Under the pieces are notes generated by a model. The model did not search any database, was not told the origin of the DNA, and saw nothing but the letters and a program-made list of their open reading frames with translations. A DNA stretch of 64,000 nt from the human T2T-CHM13v2.0 reference genome, Homo sapiens. The DNA lies in NCBI RefSeq assembly GCF_009914755.1, contig NC_060944.1. One strand, 5' to 3'. Of this stretch, positions 27,641 to 46,389 are shown one piece after another (the first letter of the stretch is position 1; each line of letters opens with the position of its first letter). A program made the translations under genes and the position numbers.

Positions 27641-27994
27641 ATCCCTCCAGCCTAGAAATCGGAGACTCATCTTTGACCTTCCCTCCTTTTCCTTCCCTAA
27701 ATGCGATCACCCCACGTCCTGTCATTGTGTCATTTATGAATACAGTCTCTTCCACTCCAATTCTCCAGTCCCTCTGAGGTCACTGTCTTTTGAAGCTCAC
27801 CACTTACACTTGTGTATTTACTTCGGCTGACACCAGCTTGTCTTTATCTGCTTCAACCCGCCTTGCATTCCATGTCTACACTTGACTTCCCCCAAACATT
27901 ATTATTTATTCTTCTTTTATAAAGCAAGGCTGTCCTAAGACTTAGAGGTAGACAGTCAAAAGGCAATTCTAATAAACAGTGATTAAGTGCGATA

Positions 27995-28440
27995 ACAGCA
28001 GACTGTAGGTGCCCCTGGTGCCCTCCCCACTCCCATATATGCTGATGTTTTCCTGCTGCGGGCCCCAGTGACTTCCTGATGCTGTCTCTGGCTCAGAAAG
28101 GGGCTCCACCTGCAGGTAGAGCAGGCAGGCAGTGCCAAGGGAGTCATGCAGCAGGGAGCTGAGCTCAACCAGTGATGTCGGGGAGTCAGTGAGAAAATAC
28201 CTCAACCTCCTCACCCTTCTGGAGAAGGGCTCTATGCTTCTCTTTGAGGTCTCCAGTGGGAAAAAGCCCCATTTTCCATGGTGGTAAGCTGTGTGAAAAC
28301 ACCCTGTATCCACTTGCTTCTCTTTCCTCTTCCATTCTCCACTCCTCACCTGGCATTTCCTGGGGGTCACCTCCCAGATAAACTGTTGCATTGGAATCCT
28401 TGTCTCAGAAGCTGCTTCTCTGGGAAGCTAACCTAAGACA
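27995..28440 (+). mobile_element. LTR33/LTR16-family solo LTR
   Basis: agcagactgtaggtgccc ... gggggtcacctcccagataaactgttgcattggaatccttgtctcagaagctgcttc..aacctaagaca. Confidence 0.75.
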
Positions 28441-28599
28441 AAACCCAGGACTGGGGAACCAGGGGAATCACCCCAGGGAATGAGAGCCAAGATGAAACCT
28501 GAAAGGAAAGAAGGAACCCGTCCACTAAAGCAATGGCAGGTGTTGGAGAGCAGTGTGGGAACCAGGTTAAAGATCTGGCAGGGCTGGGAGGGGCAATAA

Positions 28600-29900
28600 G
28601 CATGACTTGCTTGAGCGAAACTAAAAGAATTTCCTGGAAGGTGATTTCCTAGAATTTTGCTGCAACGTAAAATATGGGGCAGTGAAAGGGGAAAGTTTAG
28701 GTGCAACATGGACTATAACCTAAGACCCTTGGGAGCTGTGTTCTTTATGTTAAGAACAATGGAAAATCACAGAGGGGTTTACATGGGAAAGGACAATGAT
28801 TGTATTGACATTTTAAGAGATTTATGTCTATAGATCCAATTAGATTGGAGTGGGGGGAAGACTGCAGGCTGTGCGATCACATAAGAAGCTATTAGAGGCA
28901 GGCAGGCAAGAAAGAATGGAATTAGCAGTGGGAATGAAATGACTGGATGGATCTGAAGGATTTGTGGACAGTGGAAACAAAAGGATATGTGCCTATTTAG
29001 AGGTGCTAGTTGTGAGAGAAGGAGGAACCCAGGATGGCCCTAAAACCATGACTCATGCAACTAGATGGGCAAGAGGATGGAACAGGGGAAGAAAGCTGGG
29101 GGAGGAGCTGGTGGGTTCAGTTTTGCCATTGTTGTGTTTGAGCTACTATATGATGTTCACATAGCAATGTTCAGTTACACAGTGGTATTATATGGGTCTG
29201 AAGTTTAGGAGAGGGGAATGTGCTGAGTTTGGAAATAATCCATATATACAGAGGCTAAATGCATTCATAAAAGAGGATAAAATGTTTCAGGGAAACATTG
29301 TTCATTTGAGCAGAGAGTGAGAAGAGACAAGTGCCAGGAGAAGTATGAGAACTACATTTAAAGGGCGGATAGAAAGCAACAAAGGAGGCCTAAAGGGAAT
29401 GGCCAGAGAGGTGAGAGGAAAGCCAGGAAAATGAGAATGCCACAAAGGGCAAGGGAAGAAGCAGTTATATAAAACACTGCCAAGATGAAGTTCAGCTATG
29501 GACTAAAAATCCTACGTTACATTTCAAGGCAAGGAAATCTTTCGTGACTTGGGGAGAACAGCTTCTGTAGAGGGGTGGGGATACAAGATGGTTTCCATGT
29601 GACTGAGAAGTGAGCGTAAAGTGAGGTGGGTATAGACGACTTTCTATACATTTGACTCTGAAGGGACTGGGAGAGATGAAGTAACAGAGATATGGGCTTT
29701 TAATTGTATGCTATGACAGGAACATAGAGGGTGACTGCAGTAAAAGGTGTGGAGCTGTGGGCACTTGATTTCTAGGGGAACATAGAGGTGATGAGTCTAA
29801 AATTATGCCTGTTTTGGAAGAGAAGGGTTGGCTCATCTGAGAGTCACAGCGTGGAGATGGCTCTGATCCTGGAGAGTGAGTTGGATGAAAAGAGAGGCTC
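28600..29900 (-). mobile_element. L2 LINE (degenerate)
   Basis: Purine-rich antisense L2 pattern: aatggaaaatcacagaggggttt, gggtctgaagtttaggagagg, ggccagagaggtgagaggaaagccagga, gtgacttggggagaacagcttc. Confidence 0.7.
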
Positions 29901-31694
29901 TGATCTAAGAAGCTGCCATTCAAGTTGTAAGAACCCAGAGGAATATACATAGCAGTATCTACTTATTCACAATTATCAGCAGGGACAGATGTCGTGATGA
30001 GTTTGGGGGTCACTTAAGGAGAGAATGGGAGGAGAAATCCCTGTAAAGACTGGAGATGGACAGTTGAGGGAGCTGGAAGAAGCTCATGGGGAGACGTGCA
30101 TGTATTCAAACTGGACGGGGGTGCACTGAGGACGTCCACAGTGCTCCACAGACCCAGGGAGGTCCATTTGTGTAGATCTTCTGAGGAGAGTCCAGAAAGG
30201 TGCACTGCCCTTTCTGCCCTCTCGACCTCTCTTTTAAAGTCCTCTGTTTTGCACCCAATTTTATTTTTTTCCTCTAATACTACACCTCTGGCTTCCACCT
30301 GACAGAGACACCGTTTGTTAGAATTGTGAGCCTGCAGGGGTGTCCCAGCCTTGCCAGCCAGCATGCTTGTGTTTGATTGTTTCCTTACTGTTCCCTGCTA
30401 TGAGTAAGCTGACCCATCCTCACCATCTCACAAACCCACAGAGAACAACTCCCTCAGCTTACATTTTGGTCTCTTTCCTGGTTGATGTATTAGGATTACA
30501 TTCAATTGTTCCTTTTCTGTGGCCATCAACACTACAAACAATTGCTATTATAACTTGTTTCAATGGTCAATATTATTTTAATTAAAGCCATCCTGGGAAC
30601 AGCTGGACTCACACAGGTAATGGCAGGGAAGGGGTAGAGGGCAGGTAGCATCAAGGCAGAACGTGTGTGAAGGATGGCCAGGGTCCAGCACAGCTTCCTC
30701 CCCATTTACTAAGTCTCTGGGAACGATGTCCCAGCGACTGAGCCAACGCTTGTCCAAGTGAAATATGTTAGTTGCCCTTCACGGTGTTTCTTGGTCTCTG
30801 ACTTGTGTCCTCTGATTTCCTGATGAAGTCACACTCACAACCTACATTTGCCTGGCCTGCATTGTAATTTTGCAGTACCATACACTGTTTTAAAAGTAAA
30901 CTGCCAAAAATGTGTCCTTAGTCACTAGCATCACTGTTATACTTCTGAGCTTAGGGTGAGCTCAGTAGTCATGATGCAAAGGCATGTCTATTGTCTAAAA
31001 AATGGCCATCTTAGACAATAGAGGAATACAGAAGAATATGCTTAATGTGATTTATTTATTCAAAATGATCACTGATGCCAGACATTGTGCTCAGTCTGGG
31101 GATGAAGGAAGAGATAAATATGAATACAATCTCTGTCTATCCTCAAGAAACTCTTTCACTGGCATGGAAGAAAGATTTATTTAAAAATTCACAATATGGT
31201 AGTCTGTGCCATAATAGAGCTTTGCATAAACATTTTTGGGACCCAGTCCTAAATGCTACCCATTTATTAACAATGAAAATCATCATTTTAAATGAGAAAT
31301 CATCAGATATTATAAGAAACCAATTTCAGTATGAAATCAATTAGCCGTTTTCTGATAAGTTCTTATTTTTAAATTATTGAGTATATATTTTATGCAAAAA
31401 TAATATTTTTTGAGGTAAAAAAATTGATAAGCAAGGAACATATAGTGATTAAGAGTTTAAAATTAAAAAATTTATATTGATTCTATAGTAATTGCTTTAA
31501 GTATCAAAAAGAATATGGAAAATATTTTTGGCTATCCCCTATTGCATTTAATAATTATCCAATATAATGTATATATACTGTATGAATATATAACTTATTT
31601 AATATAATTCCTCATACTAAAACATTAGTTTTACTAATTTTAGCTAACTCTGAGTTTCCTTATGTATTCAGTAATTAATAAATTATATATAGCC

Positions 31695-36725
<5,031 letters not shown>

Positions 36726-36742
36726 ATAAGTAATAAATAAAC

Positions 36743-37535
36743 TTTTTTATTTTAAATAATTTTAAATTTACAGAAAAATTGCAGAGGCAGTACAGACACT
36801 TCTGGTATACCCTTTACACAGCTTCCCATAATAGTAACATCTTACATTAACTATGGTACATTTTTCAAAACTAAATAATTAACTTTGGTACAATATTATT
36901 AACTACATTCTCTACTTTATTTGAATTTCACCAGATTTCCCATTAATGTTCTTTTTCTACTCTAGGATCGCCCACTGAATTTAGTTCTTCTGACTCCTGC
37001 TCTGTATTTCTCAGCCTTTCCTTGTTTTTCACAAACTTGACAATTTTGCGGAATGATGGTCAGATATTTTATAGATTGCACCTCAATTTGGCTTTTCTAC
37101 ATTTGGTTATGAATAGACTAGGAATATAGGTTTTAGGAAAGAATGTGATCGAAGTGTAGTACCCTTCTTATTATATCATATCAGGGAGTACATGATATCA
37201 ATGCGATTTATCACTGGTGCTGTTAATCTTGACCATTGATTAAGGTGGTATCCGCCAGGATTTTCTACTCTAGGTGCACTATTTTCCCTTTCCATACTCT
37301 GCTCTTTGGAAGTGAGTCATTAAGTGCATCTCACATTTGAATGGAGGAGAAAGATTACATTCCACTTGTTGAAGGGAAAAGCACCTTCTATATTATTTGA
37401 AATTCTTCTGTAAGGACGATTTGTCTCTGCTCTCCATTTGTTCATTTATTCAGTCGTTTATTTATATTGTAATATTATAGACTCAAGTGTGTTTATTTTA
37501 TGCTTTGGGTAATCCAAACACTATGCTATTTATGA
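36743..37535 (-). mobile_element. L1MC/ME-type 3' end
   Basis: ttttaaaataattttaaatttacagaaaaattgcag...atacccttta ... tcactggtgctgttaatcttgacca..taaggtggtatccgccagg. Confidence 0.75.
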
Positions 37536-38149
37536 ATTTTTATCAGAACATGGATGAGGAAGTGCTTACTTAGGCTGCGGAGGAGTTGGGGAGGTCTATG
37601 TCTTAAGGGTGGTAGTGTCAGATAGAGCAGGAAAGAACAACAGCAGTATTAGCTAAGGGGAAATCATGCCTAATAAGATAGTTTGTCAATATGCTGGTTT
37701 CTGTTTTTGTTTTTGTTTTGTTTTGTTTTGTTTTTGAGATCTTGGGCTTCCTTTTCAATGTTGATCTGTTAAAGGAGACATGATGTGTGACTATGTCTGC
37801 TTCTATATTTGATAATGATTTACATAAAGAGAATTAAGAAAGGTGAGAAAAGTGGCCTCCAGTAAGATTAGATGACTTGCCTGAGGTCCAAAAGCTAGTT
37901 GAGGACACAGCTGTGGAAACATCCAGATAATGTGCCTCTTTGGTATCTAAGCAACAGCACTCCTAACAGCCAGTGTACACACACAACCCTGTGCTCCAAG
38001 ACAGCTGTGTTGAAGACATCTTTGAAGCTGTTGTATTCTTCAGTTATGATAGTAACATGTTCTATTATTTTTTCTTGTGAAAGGGGGTTGAATCACCATG
38101 TGTGGCTCATGCTCCCCTAATCCCACATGTGTGTGAATGTGCATGTGTG

Positions 38150-38800
38150 TGAACCTATCTACAAGTCTGGATGTTCCTCAGAATCCTTGAAATCAATAAC
38201 TGAACTCACTGTCTTCCTGGTGCCCTTCTACTGTACTTTCTATCTTGATCAATGATGCAATCATTCAATCAGGCTCCTTAGAAAGAAATCAGAGTGTTAT
38301 TTTTGTATTAATCTCTACACATTTTCTTAAATTCTGCATTAGGAAGTCCTGTTGATTCTATTTTTTAAACACTGATTAATACCTCCCCTACTTCTCCATC
38401 ACTACAGCCCCTTGTAAACCATGACTGCCTTTCATTTACATCCCAAGATTGGGTCACAACTCAAAACTCCTGAGTTTTTCCACTCTCACTTCCACTCCAC
38501 TGATGCTTCACTGTACAGCTGCCAGGCAACCCATCTAAAGTTCAAGATGCTCAAGCCATTCTGTGCTTAGAAGCATAGGGTGGCTCTCTATTGCCTATAA
38601 GGTTAAAAATGAGACAAAGATAAACTGCCTTGTCCTAAAATGGCCTCTGCTTTCTCATCTGTGGTCCCCCTCACACACTTTCTCTTTTTCTGTCTCCTCC
38701 ACATAATTTAAGATCCATTCTTACCAAACTCACCATCTTTTAAAACTTCATATACGTCCATGCCTCTAAGATCTTTGCTTTTCCTGTAATTCTCATTCTT
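38150..38800 (+). mobile_element. L2 fragment
   Basis: ctggatgttcctcagaatccttgaaatcaa..aactgaactcact.. and gctctctattgcctataagg; degenerate. Confidence 0.55.
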
Positions 38801-38827
38801 CTTTGAAAACCTACTGACCCTCTAAGA

Positions 38828-38993
38828 CCTTGCTGTTCAAAGAGTGTTCTGCTAACCAGCAGCATCAACACCATCTGGGAGCTTGTTAGAAATACAGACG
38901 CTTGAGTTCCACCTAAGACCACTGATTCGGAATCAGCATTTAAACAGCATCTCCAGGTGATTTTCATGCATGTTAAAGACTGGGGATGCTACA
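38828..38993. mobile_element. MER5-family DNA transposon
   Basis: accagcagcatcaacaccatctgggagcttgttagaaatacaga..actgattcggaatcagcatttaaacag..ctccaggtgatt. Confidence 0.8.
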
Positions 38994-39884
38994 CTAAGAC
39001 ATCTCAATTGTTAGCTTCCTGTGGTAGTCTTTTCTGATGTTCTTCTCCCTTTATCAGGTGCCCACCTTCCTGTTCTCTGCCTACTTTGATGTTGCATAGA
39101 AATCATTGGTTGATATGAGATTCTTGAAGGAAAAAGAGATGTATCATGTTCAACTTTGTAGCCTCAGAGCCTATGTTAAGGCTCACTTCCTTTTGTTCCA
39201 TAAACAGCTACTAAACACCTGTGATGGGCCAGCCACAGTGCAAGGTGATGAGGATGCCAGTGGTCAATACGTGGCATGGTCCTTGTTTACAGTTTGGGCT
39301 TGAAGAAAATATTCATCAAAGAGAAACAAAGACTTGAATAGCAATCTTCACAAGCAGTCTGAGTGCAAGGTGCCAGGACCTGGAGAAGCTAAAAAACATT
39401 TATTGACCCTGGAACTGTCCCAGGGCTCCACAGGGACACACTATGTCTATTTAAGGCCATGCTTTACACACATCAGTACAGAACCAAGAAGACAAAAGTG
39501 CGGGGTTGGTAATCACATTACCTACCCATCAAGTAGCTGAGACTAAACCCAAGAATATCACCAATGAAAGAGATATTAGAGTTACAGCTGCTAAGTACCC
39601 ACTGTTTGATTCTCATTTTCAGAACTGCTGTCCTATGACTTTTCATCTTTTGTTTAAATCCTGGCACAGTCGGAGAACTCGGCACACCATTAAACAATTC
39701 ATTTCATTTTCAGTTTGCTCTGGTATCTGACCTGCTCCTCGGCCTGCATTATAAGTCCATCCATACTTCTTCTTCTAGCCTCCCAGATAGTCGCCTGCCT
39801 CAAGTAACTATCACAGTCATCTTCCCACTCACTTCTTCCCCATTGGTAAATCTTACAAATTCAAGTTGCCCATGAAGGATTCTT

Positions 39885-40192
39885 GTATTTTATTTTTATT
39901 ATTATTATTTTTTTGAGACTCACTCTGTTGCCCAGGCTGGAGTGCAGTGGTGCAATCTCGTCTCACTGCAACCTCCGCCTCCTAGGTTCAAGAAATTCTC
40001 GTGCCTCGGCCTCCCAACATAGCTGGGATTACAGATATGTGCCACCACACCTGGCTATTTTTTTGTAATTTTAATAGAGCTGGGTTTTCACCATGTTGGA
40101 TAAACTGGTCTCGAACTCCTGGCCTTAAGTGATCAACCCACCTTGGCCTCCCAAAGTGCTGGGATTACAAGTGTGAGCCACTGCGCCTGGCC
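39885..40192 (-). mobile_element. Alu (old S/J-type) with TSD
   Basis: Full dimer; TSD aaggattctt at 39875-39884 and 40193-40202. Confidence 0.94.
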
Positions 40193-42141
40193 AAGGATTC
40201 TTTGTCAAGAAGTTAATACGAAGGCAATGGAGCTTCATCCTGTGTGGGACATCTGACGGTGACCTAGAGTCAGTCCACCTGAGGGGCAAAACCCATTCAT
40301 CATTTGTCAAAGGCTGTTTTTCAGAGGTGTATTTCTTCTCTGGCACTTCGGGCTTGACATGCAGACAAAGCACGTATGTTCCTACATCCAGAACAAAAGC
40401 TTTTGCTTGTAGAAATGAGTTCTGAGAAGATATGAGCAAATTTCCATGACATCTGTTACAAGGGGAAGGACGTGCACCCAAGTGTGCTCATCGAAGTACA
40501 AATCTGGCCCCTGGAGAGCAGAAACAGAAGCTGGTTTTACAGCATTACTTTTATGAAACAACATTGAATACTCTACCGCCCACAAAAGTAGTGTAAATAG
40601 CAGGTTTTTCCATCAGCTGTTGTCAAGACAATTCTGTTTTAACAACCGTAGCTGTTTCTATGTTTACTCTCTTTGGAATGGTCACACTCACACCCAAGGT
40701 CACTCAGGCAACATAGACAGCAGATCAAGAGTGAGAGAAATCCTTTCCATCTTTTCTCCTCTTCTAGGGGGTACTCCATACTACTAGCTGCCCAGCCTGC
40801 ATCACCCCAGACATCAGGAGTGGCTGCTCACAGAAGACCAAGGCAGATTGGAATAATGGAACCCCTTCATCAAGACCCCTCTGCACCGTCTCTTAGTCCT
40901 AGTACCTTGAGAGAGTCGTTTACGCTCTTGGAGTGTCCCTGCATTTTTAAAGGTGTTAGCATGAAGAACAAGGCAATAGACATAGACAAGGAAGCTGTTA
41001 TGAGCACAGATCTCATGGGAAAAGCAAAACTTTCTGCTGTTTTTGTTCAGAAATACAGAAATTTTCAGGAAGATCTTTTATGAAGGTGATAACACTAGGG
41101 TCCCTACTCAGGACACCAGCTGAACAGACAAGATTTCCCTGTTACTTGTGGTTTGGTCTGTTAAGCACAATCCCACCTCGATGCTGCCATTAGGCAGATA
41201 GTTTATGCGTCTCTCCAAACTTCCCAGTGGAGACCTTTATTTTCAGACTTGGAGGACTGGGAGTGTGGAGCACAGAGGAAAAAGAACGTGAAGTTCTGAC
41301 TAATTACGAGCTGGGGGAGGGATGAAGCAGTGAGAAAATGGTGATTTTGACTGTGAAAAGTTCAACTGAATTAAATTTAAACTTTTAAAAGAAGGAATCT
41401 ACAAATGTTAGACAACTATGTAAGGGAGTATTTAGTTCTGAGTTGGTTTAAAACCCATTCTTCATCCAGTACCCGTAACAAACAACAGAAAAAGCATGCT
41501 GACATTTCTTAGCAAAAACTGATAAAATGAGTCTAACCACAATGACATTTTTCCAGCTGGCATAATCATGAGTCATTCCTTTCTCTGAGGACTTAATGTC
41601 ACCACAAAAGCCTCTAACTTCCCCATATTTATCATTTGGAAATGAAAACTGTTTACTTGTCATGCATGCCAAAGAATAGATTAAACTGATAAAGAAAATT
41701 ATAAGATTAATAAGTGCAATTTACTTGTCAAATGGAGGTATTTCATCATTTCATGAAGCTGTTCCCTCCAGGGACTCCGTGCACTGGTGTTTCGCCACAG
41801 AGACCAGGCTGGGACCAGTCTAAAGACAGTGGTTGGGGACTGGTTGGCCTTACTGTTATGGTGGAAAGGAGACTCCTTCCAGCTCTTCTTTGGCCACCAA
41901 AGAAGAAAACAAAGAAGGACTCTTTCCTTATACTCCTTAAGTTAAAGAAAGATTCAAGTATATTGCTATAGTAAAGGGAGCCACAAAAAGAAATGAGAAC
42001 AATCTAGACAGCAAAAACAGGGAGGATAATCTGTAGAGGCTGCCCACATTTCTTAAATCAAGACATGGGGGGTTAAGTGTAACATGGTAACACCTACCAG
42101 ACAGACTAAAATATACTATTAATCCTCCAAATTACCAAAAG

Positions 42142-42175
42142 ACACACACACACACACACACACACACCATACACA
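42142..42175. repeat. (CA)n microsatellite
   Basis: acacacacacacacacacacacacaccatacacac. Confidence 0.9.
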
Positions 42176-42719
42176 CTGAAAAAGAATGAAAGAAAGGCAA
42201 TTCCTAGAGTAAATGAGAGAATAAAGAATATATTGAAAACAAATTAAAATCCCAAAAGTTAAGCTAATAATATGTAAAAGATAAAAAGTAATACTCGAGT
42301 AATGCATTTAGATAAAATAATGCTAATAAATGTATACATGATAACATGCCTATTGGAGAAAAGACTTGCAGAATGAGGTACATACAAGTGGGACACATAA
42401 AGTGAAAATGATGAAGATAAACCAGGAAAATGCTAACAAAAAGAAACCTAGAGTTCACCATAAAAATATTAGACAAGGATGAAGTTACATCAGAAAGTGA
42501 TAAACTAGAGAAAATTGGGTTATTAACACAGTTACACTGAGAATGCAATGCTTTTTATGTACCAAATAACAAGAAGAAACAAAAACCCATAAAACATATG
42601 ATCTAGGCACTTCTAGAATAAATCAACCAAAAACAGAAGTAGTAAGATACTAAGTCATCTATATGATGTCATGATTGATGAAGTGGATACAAATTCACAA
42701 ATTAATCAATGCGGTAGAG

Positions 42720-42905
42720 CAGTGGCTCTGAAACTTGACCCAGTCTCCGAATTCAGATGTGCTCAAGCACCCATCACTGGGCCCACCCTGGAGTTTCTGC
42801 CTCAGTAGTAGAGAAGAAGGGGACTTGAGAATTTGCATCTGAGAAGTTCCCAGGCCATTGTAATGCTACTGGGCTGCTGGGCCTGGGGTCACACTTTGAG
42901 AATAT
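42720..42905. mobile_element. MER5A DNA transposon
   Basis: cagtggctctgaaacttg..ctgggcccaccctggagtttctg..gagaatttgcat..aagttcccagg..cacactttgagaa. Confidence 0.8.
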
Positions 42906-44444
42906 GGTGTGGAGGATCAAAAATAATAACAAAATTTAACCAAGAGACAGATCTCAGTATGTATCTCTAACCACAGAGAAAGAACAGTGTACAAAAAATT
43001 TGTCCACTTATTAGGCCACAGAAAAATTCTGAATAAATTTAAAGTAGAAATAGTACAGAATGAAGCTCTGATTTCAGGTGATAAAGTTGAAAATGGATAG
43101 ACTCAATCTCTTGGAAGCATGGCATATAAAAACAGATGGAGTTTTGCTAATCTCTCTCACAGAAAATGTGTATCCTGAAATACTTACATAAATAGACAGA
43201 AGGTGAATGAATAATCATCTAACCAAAGAAAATAAATCTGAAAACAGCATGTATGTGTGTATAATATAATTATTTTAGGGGAAGAACTAGATTCCAGTAG
43301 AAAAGATTTACTTTTTACTCTGAACTTTTCTATACTTTCTGAATTCTCTGATTATGCATGTGTACGACTTTTAAAAAAAAACCAGGCCAACAAGTTTCAT
43401 TTGAGTGTGAAATTGGGGACCTTTTGATTTTTGCTCTTGTTTTTCTTTCAATTTCCGTGCATTAAGTGTTAGTTTTTGTAAATAAAGAAAGAATAGATAG
43501 TATCCTTATCCTTTGGAAGTTGACTTGGAAGAAAAATAAAATATCAGACACCACTAAGAAATTCAGTATTTCTAATTGATGTGAACAAGTGGGAGTAATT
43601 CTGTGGTGGAGCTGGTCAGGGTCTGAGACACAGCTGGTTTCCCTGGAACACATTACCAGCCCACCCTTGCCGTGCCAAGCCCTCCTTCCCAGACTGCAGC
43701 TGCCGTGAGTCTCTCATCAGGCAAGTGAGCTGTTTCATGAGTAGCTGACTCCCAAAAGTTGGCTGGCTGGGGCAGCTTGGGTGCTGATTTCAGTTCAGTA
43801 TAACATGTCAAATGTTAATAATTAATGCTTTGCATAGTAATTGTCAAGTAGGAATAGTCAAAAAGAGAAACTTGTTGAAGAAGAGGATAAAAGGGAGCAG
43901 GAGGTAGGAAGCAGGGAGGATAAAAGAGCGTAGGTAAGAGTTGATAATAAACCGTGTCCAGGTGGAAATTCAGCAACAAAAACTGTATGAGGAGAAATGA
44001 CCTCTTTGAAGGGTGTTGAATCATGAACACAAGGATGATTCAGCAATGAACTGGTAGCAGAGATCTCCAGGAAGGATACAGTTTAGGCTCATGGCTCCAG
44101 CAACCCAGACTCTAAGGAGAACCCAACAGGCCCACCACAGAAACTTGAGTTACCTGTGGCCCCAGCAGGAAAGCAGCAAGCAGTGGGAGCCAGAGATGTC
44201 ATGAAATCACTTGCCTAAGTCTGCAAAAGAGTCCCCCAGGACAGAGAGGAAATTTGACCCCCCTCCTATTTCCAAGACATAGGCACGTTCACTGCCCCTG
44301 GGAGAGAAGGCGGAAGAAGAATCCCATGTCCTCCACTGTTCTGTCTTCTGTCTGTGGTCTTAGCTCTCCCCAGTTTCTGAAGTGGTGAAAATTTTCTCAA
44401 AACTTTCCCTCTATTTCTACCCCCAAATTTTTAAAGATTTTTCT

Positions 44445-44605
44445 GTATTCAGCCATGTGCCAAGTACATGACACATCTTCTGTTCCTGCACAGTCTGGTG
44501 AGGAGCATCTTCTGTTATCCCCACTTTATGGATGCAGGGTCTGTGGTCAGTGAGGGCAGCTGCTTGTCCTCACTGACAGTGAGTACTGGAGAGGGACTTG
44601 AATCC
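44445..44605 (-). mobile_element. MIR SINE
   Basis: tgttatccccactttatggatgcagggtctgtggtcagtgagggcagctgcttgtcc..ggacttgaatcc. Confidence 0.65.
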
Positions 44606-46389
44606 CCACCCATCTCTGTTCCAACACCAGCACATTCAAGAATCACATAGAACTCCACCCTCTCCCTCTCTCTTCCCCTCTCCTTTTCCTTTGTGTCTAC
44701 TTAACTTGTATTATTGCCATTTGCTTCTTTTCCCCTCAGTGAAGTGTGAGACTGGTCAGTGTTTTTTTTTTTTTTTCTTTTCCCCCTGTTCGTTCCCAGG
44801 AAACAGTGAAGTTTATATAAGTCTCAATCAAAGCAGCCTTCCATCACCACGTTCCATCATCTGCCCAAACTTCTGCTTCCTCTTGACATTTAGGTCTGGG
44901 GTGGAGGGCAAAGGCTGTCACCAGAGAAAAGCCAGCTGCTCACAGCCACAATGTCTCACATGCTGGTCTGTCCTCAGATAGCCTGCCATGTCTCAGGGTC
45001 TGGTTCTCAACCTCAAAAGTTTCCAAAGATGACAACCTTCTCGCAGAGACAGGGCTCACTAGTTTTTTTTTTTTTTTCTCAATTCTGTAATTCAAAAATT
45101 GTTTATGTTTCATTTGATAACTTAATTTCTAGAGTTTTGAAGACACCTTGCTGCCATCTTTGTCTGCCTTTCTGGCTGAACAGAAGGCAACTGCAAGAGG
45201 AATACCTCAGACCAGGAAATTGAGTCCAGAGCCTCACATCAGCACTGACGTGAGGCTGACTAATGAGTACTCATCACGAACTTCAAGAGCATGAGAGAAA
45301 GACTGCGGACCCATTACAGCTTGCAGGGGACTACTTGCTCTCCACTCCAGTCTTAAATGTCACTAGAGGTGTCGAGTGGGTGGGGGCAGTGGCCTCCAGG
45401 GCCTTCATCCCTAGACATTCTGATGGCTCACTAATGCCCTCTAGAAAGGCAATGTTGGATTCAACTCTGAACTCTGAAAATCTCTAGACAAAGAAGATGG
45501 TTATCTTTTGAAATCTGACATACCAGAAGATAAGGTTGAAGAGCCCATGGCAGTGCCTTAATTTCCTATTTTTCCTCAAATGTTTTCAGTTGAGCAAAAC
45601 ACATTTTATAAAGCCATTTCTCCTCTAAAAATGTTAAACCCACATTTCAAAATAAGAGAAATCATCTCCTTATGAATCTGATTCATTCACACTTTTATGG
45701 GAAGTTTGGCAAACAGAAAATTGGTGGTTCCTTTGTTCCAGATTGTCTACCCAAAAAAGAGGGACAGGGTCCAGAGGACACTAGACTCCTCTCCTGACTC
45801 AACACCTTCCATTGGTAAGGCTCTTGCCTCTTTCTATGACCAATAAAGCACAGATAATGACTAGAAAACAGAGGCCATGAGTAGGATGGGCCACTGAACT
45901 GGTGCTAAGCAAGTCCTCTTGCTCACCTACTCTTAAAGGTCATTAAAGACTGAGCTTCAAGCCTTCCTTGCCTTGCCTTGCCTCCCACCATGATCCTGGT
46001 TGAGATACATTAACTTTTCTTCTCTGATTATCTCAGCAGCCAAATACCTGGTCTCACTGAGTCTAAGTTTGCCCTTCTTTAATCTATCCTCTTCTCACTC
46101 TGCCTTTGTTTCTGAATGATATTGTTAGTCACGTTATGGCTCTGCTCAGGGATGACTTTTCACCTCTCGATCACCTGCAAACCATACAAACTGCATTTTC
46201 TTACACTATTACTTCAAATGTCTCCTTCCACATATTTCCAGGACAACCACAGCTCACCTCTTTGGAAAGCATGTTCTTTCCTGCTTCTTCCTGGTCTCTT
46301 CTTCCCTCACTTCTCCCTTTGAAATTCTATTCTTTAAGGGTCAATGTAAATAATACCTCCTCTGGGAAGTTTGCCAGTTTTTCTAACTT

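Larger units (their letters stand above)
42000..43380 (+). mobile_element. Highly degenerate L1M fragments (A-rich), interrupted by (CA)n and MER5
   Basis: A-rich strand bias; aaatgctaacaaaaagaaacc, ccacttattaggccacagaaaaattctgaataaattt and ctttttactctgaacttttctatact are L1M-like. Confidence 0.5.
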
